This document shows positions 24,962 through 36,000 of a stretch of 64,000 bases of DNA, piece after piece. The stretch covers positions 125,302,001 to 125,366,000 of the forward strand of contig OZ024744.1 in NCBI GenBank assembly GCA_964016885.1, read 5' to 3'. Position numbers and translations under genes: made by a program. Position 1 is the stretch's first letter; each line of letters starts with the position of its first letter. The notes under the pieces are model-generated. The model was given only the letters and a program-made list of their open reading frames with translations. It was not told the DNA's origin and did not search any database. The stretch comes from Eledone cirrhosa (taxonomy: Eukaryota).

Positions 24962-25845
24962 TCTAAACCTGGCCCTTACCCTAACCCCAACCTCTTTGGT
25001 TTTCGTTTTCTCGACGGCTAGCCGCATTTCGTGATCCGCCTTTCGATTGCGCTTCCGTCGCGGCAAAAGAATTGCCTTTCCAGACCGCCGTCGCCCGACC
25101 GGACCCATGATAGAAGACGTTCGTTACCGTTGGAGCAACGCAAATTACTCCTCGGTTGACGCCAAAAACGAACGCCTTCCCGCCTCGCGCCGCCTTCTCC
25201 TCGCCGACCCTCGGCCTCGACGATTAGCCACTTTCCGTCACAGCAGTAGATACGCGTCCGTCGTAATAGCCGTCATTTTAACGCAGGAGAAACGCCTAAT
25301 TGCCCTGCACCGCGTTTGACGGCGATCTACGACGGCGACGATGCGCGCACTCTTCCTTGCTGCGACGAAGGTTTCGGCTTTTCGTCGTGGACCCGGTCAG
25401 GTCATGCCGCTGACCTCGCGTTACGGCGACGCGAGAAGACGTTCGTTACCGCTGGAGCAACGCAAATTACTCCTCGGTTGACGCCAAAAACGAACGCCTC
25501 GCGCCGCCGCTTCCTCCTCGGCCTCGACGATTAGCCGCTTTCCGTCACAGCAGTAGATACGCGTCCATCGTAATAGCCGTCATTTTAACGCAGGAGAAAC
25601 GCCTTGACGACGATATACGACGGGTCGACGACGCGCGCACTCTTTCTGCTGCGACGAAGGTTTTGGCTTTTCGTTGTGGACCCGGTCGGGTCATGCCTCT
25701 GACCTCGCGTTGCGTCGCCACCGCCGCGGCGGGCTTGGGTTTAGCCGTAGCTACCCTCGTTTTGCCAACGGCGACGCGAGAAGACGTTCGTTACCGCTGG
25801 AGCAACGCAAATTACTCCTCGGATGAGGCCAAAAACGAACGCTGA
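24962..25845 (+). repeat. Rearranged copy of the rDNA spacer/ETS-like repeats, preceded by CCCTAA-like repeats
   Basis: Shares GAAGACGTTCGTTACCGCTGGAGCAACGCAAATTACTCCTCGG and CACAGCAGTAG..GTAATAGCCGTCATTTTAA with 31961-32870; no 18S sequence follows. Confidence 0.8.
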
Positions 25846-25921
25846 AGAGATATTGTCCATGGATATCGGGAATTTTACCCGCCCTAGATAGATAGATAGA
25901 TAGGGATGTATGTATGTATGT

Positions 25922-25963
<42 letters not shown>

Positions 25964-26342
25964 GTATGTATCTTTCTCATTCTCTCTGTATGTATGTATG
26001 TATGTATATATATATAATTATATATTTATAGACATCCTGAAAGCTTTTTAAATGTCTGAGAGATTGGCTAAATATGTTTTGCAGGTATGACCAGTAAGAG
26101 AGAGGTAAGTTATTTCAAAACAATTCTTTGACCATTATTTTAAGGTACTATCTCAGTGTATTTTTAAATTGACCTCTTGATAGGATGAAATGACCTGTAT
26201 AATTTTTTTCATATTTAGATGGAATAGAAGAAAAACAAGAAAAATGAAATGAATTCAAACAGAAAATATACACCAATGCCAATGGAGGTATGATTTCAGT
26301 TTAATCTTAACCTAATGACCACTTTACAGAGTGTACTGGATA

Positions 26343-26425
<83 letters not shown>

Positions 26426-26883
26426 AGGAAGCTCCAACCGTTAAGGTTGTCTTTCCATTTATTAATATATTGTGTATTTACTCCACTAAACTGTTGAGTG
26501 CTTTATATCAGTTATAAAAAAATTTCAGCTTGTTGAATCCCAAAATAGTTGTTGAAACAGCCACAGCTCAGCCGTCGGGGTCCTGAATATTTATCATATA
26601 TATATACGTATGAGTGTGTGTGTTTTGAGAATTAATAATTATATAAACAAGTTTGTAATGAACAATTTATTTCTTATCAAAACTGTATAAACATGATATT
26701 ATTTACAGTAAGAATAACAATAATAATGATGGTTTCTAGTAAAGGTGGAAGGCCAGTAATTTGGGGGAGGGGAAAGTTGATTAAATCGAAGAGAGAAAGA
26801 AAGAAAAAACAGAACGGGAAGGAGAGGGGATGGCAAGAGGTCCGGTGTCGCAGGAGAGAGGGGAGGGTGGTTGAGCTTTGAGT

Positions 26884-27365
26884 CTAGGGCAAGAGGGCAG
26901 AAATGCTGCGCCCCACGGATAAGACGGCAAAAATATTCTCGCGGACGATGGCCAGAGATACCCAATGCAACAACCACCCAACCTCGCGGTGTTCCCTCCT
27001 CAGATGGGCTGCTGACTCTCCGATCTTTTGGAGGAGCTCGGCAGTACAAGGTCCAAGTACTCCTGGGGTCTCGACGTTGACTGGTGCAGAGAGGAAGTGG
27101 CCGGACAATCCTCGGTATTTGTTTATTTTACGTTCTTCTGCGAGGTGGGCTGCGATGCCGGGGTTTGTGACCGAAACGACTTGGAAACGAAGTTGTAGGC
27201 GGAGATTGTGTCGTAGCTGGTGGTGTCCCAGATGAGGGACCTACGTCCTTCGAATGGGAAGAGAGTGATTCCGTCGGGGCGCTTGCCATCTCCGGGACCT
27301 GTTGGCCCCAGTTGTGATGGGAAGCCAGCTGCGTCCAGGCTTCTTCTCAATATGTCGTTGACAAC
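26884..27365 (-). mobile_element. CRE-like non-LTR retrotransposon C-terminal RLE fragment (frameshifted)
   Basis: GDGKRPDGITLFPF..SLIWD.T..DT, followed in another frame by VETPGVLGP..IG..WLL..VSLAIVREN, typical of CRE-clade RLE domains. Confidence 0.7.
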
Positions 27366-27916
27366 GACGTGTATCTATTCAATAATTATTTGAATATTGA
27401 AATTTTAGGTTTAACTACCTTTTAAACCAAATACATTAAGAAAGGCATGACCAACACCACATCATTTTTATTTCTATTTTGAAAGTAGGTTTATAAGTAT
27501 TAAATTTCAGTAGATTCTTATATCCTTCATGGTGGTCTGGTGGGAGATACGAGAGATGGTGGAGGTTCTGGTCTGGGGTTCAATCCTGCTCAGGAGATAC
27601 TCTAAGGGGGTTCATACTAAACTTCTTCAGTGTTTCTTATCTCTAGAGACAAATATATATACATAAGGTAATCTGGTAAAGTTGTTAGAACATCACATAG
27701 AATTCTTTGTAGTATTTTTTCCAGTTCTTCAATCTGAGTTCAACTTTACTTTTCTTCCATTCGGGGTTGATAATAACGTACCAGTCAAATACTAGGGGTT
27801 AATTCTTCCTCTATATCTCTTTCTCACTCTCTGTCTGTTTTATTAAGACCTGGAGAGGTGATGTACTCTACCAGGTTTTATAATGAGTGATGGGGTCATA
27901 CCTGCCTGCTACACCT

Positions 27917-28238
27917 CTGTGTACTAAGTGTAGCATATTATATCCTTGTTCAGGGCCTTCCTGACATTACTGTGTACTAAGGGTAGCATTTTATATCCTT
28001 GTTCAGGGCCATCTTAACATTGCTGTGTACTAAGTGTAGCATATTATATCCTTGTTCGGGGCCTTCCTGACATTAGTGTGTACTGAGTGTAGATTTTAAC
28101 ATCCTTGTTCTGGGCCTTCCTAACATTACTGTGTACTGAGTGTAGATTTTAACATCTTTGTTCAGAGCCTTCCTTACATTACTGTGTACTAAGTGTAGCA
28201 TTTCATATACTTGTTCTGGGCCTTCCTAACGTTACTGT
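27917..28238. repeat. 53-bp minisatellite (~6 copies)
   Basis: TGTGTACT(A/G)AG..ATCCTTGTTC.GGGCCTTCCT recurs about every 53 bp. Confidence 0.85.
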
Positions 28239-28239
28239 G

Positions 28240-29020
28240 GAAATAGTAGTTTATATCCAATATGTAATATAGATATGGATTCTACAGGACTAAAACTCAT
28301 TAATATGAGGGGTATTAGTAGATTATATGCCATATTTAATAGAGAAATGGCTTCTACAAGACTAAAACTCATTAATATGAGGGGTATTACAGTTTATATG
28401 CCATATTTAATACAGAAATGGCTTCTAAAGGACTAGAACTCTTTAAATTGAATAAAATAGTAGTATATATCCTATGTTTAATACAGAAATGCCTTCTAAA
28501 GGACTAAAACTCATTAATATGAGGGTATTAGTAGATTATATAACATATTTAATACAGAAATGGCTTTTAAATTCAGGGACTCGTTAATTTGATGGAAATA
28601 GTAGTGTCTATGCAATATTTAATACAGAAATAGCTTCTACAGGACTAAAACTAATTAATATGAGGGGTATTAGTAGTATATGTGCCATATTTAATACAGA
28701 GATGGCTTCTAAATGGAGGTATCTCATTAATTCGATTGAAATGGTAGTGTATATGCAATATTTAATACAGAAATAGCTTCTACAAGAATAAAACTCATTA
28801 ATATGAAGGTTATTATTACATTATATGCCATATTTAATACAGAAATCGGTTCTAAAGGACTAGAACTCTTTAATTCAAATCAAATAGTAGTATAAAGCAA
28901 TATTTACTACAGAAATGGCTTCTACAAGACTAAAAATCCTTAATATGAGGGGTATTGTTAGATTATATACCATATTTAATACAGAAATGGCTTCTAAATG
29001 AAGAAATCTCTTTAATTCGA
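28240..29020. repeat. ~71-bp AT-rich minisatellite (~11 diverged copies)
   Basis: ATTTAATACAGAAATGGCTTCTA recurs at ~70-71-bp spacing. Confidence 0.85.
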
Positions 29021-29674
29021 TAGTAATAGTAATAATAATAATAGTAATAGTAATAATACAGCCAATTTTCCACGCAATACTTTTAGTTAGCACCCCGAAC
29101 GCATAATTGGGAATATAATCACTTATTTCCTAATGTTTGTTGAGTGAGTTGGGAAAAAAAACTTGGGAAATATATTTTCAGGGTCTCAAAATCTTAAAGA
29201 GAAAAAAAAGTCCTGTGGAAGGTAGCAAAACAATTAGGAAGAAAATGGTTTGAAGTTGGTTGGTGAGTATAAGATTACAGTATCTTGTTGATTTCTATAA
29301 AGTTTACTTTTAACTGAATTGGTAAAAATGGATAAATTAGAAGACACAATATAATAACTAATATTGTCTTCTAAAACAGGGAATAAAAATATGTTGGTGT
29401 ATTGGGGGGGGGGGGTAAACATGTGAGTTAATGGGAATGTTTTTGTTTGTTTTTATTGAAACATATTCAATCTACAGATAGGTTGTTATAGTTATTTAGT
29501 CTCGGGTCTGCCATTATCTGCAGATTTATAATTGAGGGGTGTTCCAGGTGTGACCACCCTACATTATTCCTAGAGATTGTTACTCCTTCATTCTTCAGTC
29601 ATCTTGGTCTTCTTATGAGATGGTGGTGTAGTCTTATTTATTGTTAAGGTTATGGTCTTCCTTTGTCCACACTC

Positions 29675-29716
<42 letters not shown>

Positions 29717-29959
29717 AAAGGCTTCCTTCTCTGGAAAAAGATGATTTAATATTCACAACCATCTGTCTAATTGTTTTCTGATGAGAATAAAGTTAATCTT
29801 GCTTGTATGTCTACCTGATCAAATGACTGGCTGATATCTTGAAGTCATTTACACCACAGAACTGTAGGAGTCTTGATCCCTCAAGCCATACCTCTAGCCA
29901 TCATGTACTCCAAAAGAGTCTCACCTTGGTGCTACTCAACATGTCCATTAAATTTAGCA

Positions 29960-30745
29960 GCAAGGATGCCCTCTTCTTAGTGAGAGACAACTACAAGAGA
30001 GGTTCTTAGAGAAGAATAAGCCACTATAGTTAACTTTTGTTGACATAGAGAACCCCGATCTGTCATCTGGTGGTCCTTAAGGAAACTAGGTGTAGGGGAA
30101 TGGCTTGTGAGGACAGTGCAAGCTATGTACAAGGGTGCTGTCAGTAAAGTGAGAGGAGGAATTCCAGAAACAAAGTAGGTGTACATCAGGGTTCGGTCCT
30201 CAGTCCGCTCTTGTTCATTATAGTCCTCCCTCCCTCCCTCCCTCCCTCCCTCCAAGCCATAACAGAGGAGGAGTAGTTTAAGACTGGATGCCCATGGGAA
30301 CTTCTCTATGCTGACGATCTGGTTCTTATAGCAGAATCAGTAGAGGAGCTAGCTAGAGAATAAATTCTGGCTATGGAAACAGCAGTAGTTGGAATCAAGA
30401 AGACTGAGAGTGAACCTAGCTAAGACAAAAGTGTTTATAAGTAGAAGAGAGGACAAAACTCTGATTCTGTCAGGGAAATGGCCATGTTCGATATGTAGGA
30501 AAGGAGTTGGCATAAATTCTATGAAATGTAGTACGCAATGCAGATCTTGGCTACACAAGAGATGTAGTGGGATAGCAGGAAAACTGACTGACAGGTAGGG
30601 AGAAATACGTATGCAGTAGATGTACAGGGAAATTTGACAGAGATTGCAGTGATAGACACATTTTTCAAATGCAGGTGGGATCTATAGAGGGAGTTGATAG
30701 CTTCTGATACCTAGGTGATCAGATTAGTAAGGGAGGAGGGTGATA
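29960..30745 (+). mobile_element. Decayed RTE LINE RT core
   Basis: GGTGTACATCAGGGTTCGGTCCTCAGTCCG (GVHQGSVLSP), CTCTATGCTGACGATCTG (LYADDL) and LRVNLAKTK..GKWPCSICRKGVG; contains stops and frameshifts. Confidence 0.8.
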
Positions 30746-31271
30746 TAAAATATATTGTTATCATGACTGTCTTTATTATTTAAATTACCTCTGTCTATTT
30801 ACAGATTTTACAGAGTGTACTGGGTGCTTTTATGATGGGAGCAGCAACTCTATACGATTTTACAGAGTGTACTTGGTGCTTTTATCATGGCACATGGCAG
30901 CAGCAGCAGCAGCAACTACGATTTTACAGAGTGTACTTGGTGCTTTTTACTCTGACATCAGCACTGAGGAAGTTGTCATATTTTCAGCTAAATTAATGAG
31001 TAGAAAAACCAAGTTTCTGCTACAAAAAATTCTCAGATTCAAGGGAGACATTCAGTTTAAGTATGGTATACTGTCACTAAGGCAGCAAATTGGCAGAGTC
31101 GCTAGAATATCAGATAGCATTCTTTACATTATTTGTTTCAGCTCTCTGTTCTCTCAATTCAAATCCTGCTCAGGTCAACTTTGCCTTTCATCCATACAAA
31201 ATAGATTAATAAAAGTACCAGTGTATTACTGGGGTCAATTCTTCTTCTAACTCTTCTGCACTTCCATTCTC

Positions 31272-31308
<37 letters not shown>

Positions 31309-31559
31309 GCTTCTTTAGAACACATCTGCTGTATTCAGACCTGGAGCGGAGATGGGCTCCACCAAGTTTTAAAAATTGCCCTTTAAGCGCTGTATGTCAA
31401 TATGGTGCCCCTATGATTCCCTCCCTCAGGAGTTATGGGACCATAGATACTGTCAATTGTAAAGAATAACAGAGATATTCAGTGCTAGTGTGGTGTTCTG
31501 TCAGTTGTGGAGATTGATGAATCTAAACAGAAATATCAACAGCACTTTTCATTTCTGAG

Positions 31560-31730
31560 TAACACATTTGTTACCAAGTGCTGCATGGCTGGAATGAAAA
31601 TCAGTGCTGTGAAAACCAAGACATTCATCCTCTCAAGGAAGCTTGTGCAGTGCACTCTACATGTAAATGGAGTCCCACTGAAGCAGGTAGAAAAGTTCAT
31701 GTATCTCGAAGCTGTGTTCACGAGTGATGA
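31560..31730 (+). mobile_element. Short LINE RT thumb-region fragment
   Basis: AGMKISAVKTK..LHVNGVPLKQVEKFMYL. Confidence 0.6.
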
Positions 31731-31867
31731 CAGAGACGGCAAAGGCACAACACACAACAGAAGAAAAGAACAATGACAATTATTATTATTATTATTATTA
31801 TTATTTGTTTTATTAGTTTTATTATAATAAAAATTGTGCTGTTAGTTTGCTTGCTATACCATCATGT

Positions 31868-31960
31868 ACCCTAACCCTAAACCTAACCCCAACTCCAACT
31901 CTGACCCTAAACCTAACCCCAACCCCAACCCCAACCCTAACCCTAACCCTAACCCTAACC
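31868..31960 (-). repeat. Interstitial telomeric repeat (CCCTAA)n, i.e. (TTAGGG)n on the minus strand
   Basis: Degenerate distally and perfect CCCTAA units at the junction with the 172-bp repeats. Confidence 0.88.
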
Positions 31961-32545
31961 CACGATAGAAGACGTTCGTTACCGCTGGAGCAACGCAAAT
32001 TACTCCTCGGTTGACGCCAAAAACGAACGCCTTCTCGACGGCTAGCCGCATTTCGTGATCCGCCTTTCGATTGCGCTTCCGTCGCGGAAAAAGAATTGCC
32101 TTTATAGGCCGCCGCCGCCCGACCGGACCCACGATAGAAGACGTTCGTTACCGCTGGCGCAACGCAAATTACTCCTCGGTTGACGCCAAAAACGAACGCC
32201 TTCTCGACGGCTAGCCGCATTTCGTGATCCGCCTTTCGATTGCGCTTCCGTCGCGGAAAAAGAATTGCCTTTATAGGCCGCCGCCGCCGCCCGACCGGAC
32301 CCACGATAGAAGACGTTCGTTACCGCTGGAGCAACGCAAATTACTCCTCGGTTGACGCCAAAAACGAACGCCTTCTCGACGGCTAGCCGCATTTCGTGAT
32401 CCGCCTTTCGATTGCGCTTCCGTCGCGGAAAAAGAATTGCCTTTATAGGCCGCCGCCGCCGCCCGACCGGACCCACGATAGAAGACGTTCGTTACCGCTG
32501 GAGCAACGCAAATTACTCCTCGGTTGACGCCAAAAACGAACGCCT
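31961..32545 (+). repeat. ~172-bp GC-rich tandem repeats upstream of the 18S remnant (candidate IGS/ETS subrepeats)
   Basis: Units start at 31961, 32130, 32302 and 32474, directly 5' of the 18S start. Each full unit contains TTTATAGGCCGCC. Confidence 0.8.
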
Positions 32546-32904
32546 TCCGGTTCGGGCGACGTAAAAGTCTGTAGCCTTTTCGCCGATCCTCGACGATTAT
32601 CCGCCTTCCGAACAACCGCCTTTCCGCCGTCACAGCAGTAGGTACTCGTCCGTCGTAATAGCCGTCATTTTAATGCAGGAGAAACGCCTAAATGCACTGC
32701 GATTGACGACGATCTACGACGCGCTTACTCTTCCTTGCTGCGACGAAGGTTTCGTTCGGCTTTTCGTCGTGGACCCGGTCAGGTCATGCCGCTGATCTCG
32801 CGTTGCGTCGTTACCGCTGGAGCAACGCAAATTACTCCTCGTTTAACGCCAACATCGAACGCGCTTCGGTTCTCGGTCGTCGTTGTTTTGTTTCGTGCGG
32901 AAGA

Positions 32905-33089
32905 TACCTGGGTGATCCTGCCAGTAGTCATATGCTTGTCTCAAAGCTTAAGCCATGCAAGTGGAAGTTCATGCCGTAAACGAAAATGGTGAAACCGCGA
33001 ATGGCTCAGGAACCGGATCTAATCCTCGGGACCGTATTCCTCACCGCGAGGAGAGGATAACTGTGGCAATTCTAGAGCTAATACATGCA
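32905..33089 (+). pseudogene. 18S rRNA 5' end (divergent; truncated after ~185 nt)
   Basis: TACCTGGGTGATCCTGCCAGTAGTCATATGCTTGTCTCAAAG.TTAAGCCATGCA..GGTGAAACCGCGAATGGCTCA..GGATAACTGTGGCAATTCTAGAGCTAATACATGC is the canonical eukaryotic SSU 5' end. Confidence 0.95.
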
Positions 33090-33097
33090 ATTGAGAT

Positions 33098-36000
33098 CGG
33101 AGAGGGAGCGATCCGTCTGCTTGATTCCGATAACGAACGAGACATTCGTATCCGAAAGAACGTTTGTCTGGAAACTGGTGCAGTCAGTGAGTCGAAAAAA
33201 AAATATCTCGGTGGTAGTAGCAAATATTCGAACGAGACATTCGTATGCGAAAGAACGTTTGTCGGTGGTAGTAGCAAATATTCGAACGAGACATTCGTAT
33301 GCGAAAGAACGTTTGTCTGGAAGTGGCGATCCATGCCCGGTGGATAGTTGGTTCCGGGTTTTACTATGATTGTTGCAAAACAGAAACTTAAAGGGATTGA
33401 CAGAATTTGCGATTCCGGAGAGAGGGCGATCCGTCTGCTTGATTCCGATAACGAACGAGACATTCGTATCCGAAAGAACGTTTGTCTGGAAACTGGTGAG
33501 TCAGTGAGTCGAAAAAAAAATATCTCGGTGGTAGTAGCAAATATTCGTATGCGAAAGAAAAGATCTCGGTGGTAGTAGCAAATATTCGAACGAGACATTC
33601 GTAGGCGAAAGAAAAATATCTCGGTGGTAGTAGCAAATATTCGAACGAGACATTCGTATGCGAAAGAACGTTTGTCGGTGGTAGTAGCAAATATTCGAAC
33701 GAGACATTCGTATGCGAAAGAACGTTTGTCGGTGGTAGTAGCAAATATTCGAACGAGACATTCGTATGCGAAAGAACGTTTGTCTGGAAGTGGCGATCCA
33801 TGCCCGGTGGATAGTTGGTTCCGGGTTTTACTATGATTGTTGCAAAACAAAAACTTAAAGGGATTGACAGAATTTGCGATTCCGGAGAGAGGGCGATCCG
33901 TCTGCTTGATTCCGATAACGAACGAGACATTCGTATCCGAAAGAACGTTTGTCTGGAAACTGGTGAGTCAGTGAGTCGAAAAAAAAATATCTCGGTGGTA
34001 GTAGCAAATATTCGAACGAGACATTCGTATGCGAAAGAACGTTTGTCGGTGGTAGTAGCAAATATTCGAACGAGACATTCGTATGCGAAAGAACGTTTGT
34101 CTGGAAGTGGCGATCCATGCCCGGTGGATAGTTGGTTCCGGGTTTTACTATAATTGTTGCAAAACAGAAACTTAAAGGGATTGACAGAATTTGCGATTCC
34201 GGAGAGGGGGCGATCCGTCTGCTTGATTCCGATAACGAACGAGACATTCGTATCCGAAAGAACGTTTGTCTGGAAACTGGTGAGTCGAAAAAAAAATATC
34301 TCGGTGGTAGTAGCAAATATTCGAACGAGACATTCGTAGGCGAAAGAAAAATATCTCGGTGGTAGTAGCAAATATTCGAACGAGACATTCGTATGCGAAA
34401 GAACGTTTGTCGGTGGTAGTAGCAAATATTCGAACGAGACATTCGTATGCGAAAGAACGTTTGTCGGTGGTAGTCGCAAATATTCGAACGAGACATTCGT
34501 ATGCGAAAGAACGTTTGTCTGGAAGTGGCGATCCATGCCCGGTGGATAGTTGGTTCCGGGTTTTACTATGATTGTTGCAAAACAGAAACTTAAAGGGATT
34601 GACAGAATTTGCGATTCCAGAGAGAGGGCGATCCGTCTGCTTGATTCCGATAACGAACGAGACATTCGTATCCGAAAGAACGTTTGTCTGGAAACTGGTG
34701 AGTCAGTGAGTCGAAAAAAAAATATCTCGGTGGTCGTAGCAAATATTCGAACGAGACATTCGTATGCGAAAGAACGTTTGTCTGGAAGTGGCGATCCATG
34801 CTCGGTGGATAGTTGGTTCCGGGTTTTACTATGATTGTTGCAAAACAGAAACTTAAAGGGATTGACAGAATTTGCGATTCCGGAGAGGGGGCGATCCGTC
34901 TGCTTGATTCCGATAACGAACGAGACATTCGTATCCGAAAGAACGTTTGTCTGGAAACTGGTGAGTCAGTGAGTCGAAAAAAAAAATATCTCGGTGGTAG
35001 TAGCAAATATTCGAACGAGACATTCGTATGCGAAAGAACGTTTGTCGGTGGTAGTAGCAAATATTCGAACGAGACATTCGTATGCGAAAGAACGTTTGTC
35101 GGTGGTAGTAGCAAATATTCGAACGAGACATTCGTATGCGAAAGAACGTTTGTCGGTGGTAGTAGCAAATATTCGAACGAGACATTCGTATGCGAAAGAA
35201 CGTTTGTCGGTGGTAGTAGCAAATATTCGAACGAGACATTCGTATGCGAAAGAACGTTTGTCTGGAAGTGGCGATCCATGCCCGGTGGATAGTTGGTTCC
35301 GGGTTTTACTATGATTGTTGCAAAACAGAAACTTAAAGGGATTGACAGAATTTGCGATTCCGGAGAGGGGGCGATCCGTCTGCTTGATTCCGATAACGAA
35401 CGAGACATTCGTATCCGAAAGAACGTTTGTCTGGAAACTGGTGAGTCAGTGAGTCGAAAAAAAAAATATCTCGGTGGTAGTAGCAAATATTCGAACGAGA
35501 CATTCGTATGCGAAAGAACGTTTGTCGGTGGTAGTAGCAAATATTCGAACGAGACATTCGTATGCGAAAGAACGTTTGTCGGTGGTAGTAGCAAATATTC
35601 GAACGAGACATTCGTATGCGAAAGAACGTTTGTCGGTGGTAGTAGCAAATATTCGAACGAGACATTCGTATGCGAAAGAACGTTTGTCGGTGGTAGTAGC
35701 AAATATTCGAACGAGACATTCGTATGCGAAAGAACGTTTGTCTGGAAGTGGCGATCCATGCCCGGTGGATAGTTGGTTCCGGGTTTTACTATGATTGTTG
35801 CAAAACAGAAACTTAAAGGGATTGACAGAATTTGCGATTCCGGAGAGGGGGCGATCCGTCTGCTTGATTCCGATAACGAACGAGACATTCGTATCCGAAA
35901 GAACGTTTGTCTGGAAACTGGTGAGTCAGTGAGTCGAAAAAAAAAATATCTCGGTGGTAGTAGCAAATATTCGAACGAGACATTCGTATGCGAAAGAAAA

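Noticed and set aside
26085-26290. Possible small exons (AG|GTATGA.., GTAAGT; TTTAG..GTATG)
   Set aside because: Splice-like motifs only, with no coherent reading frame or homology recognisable.
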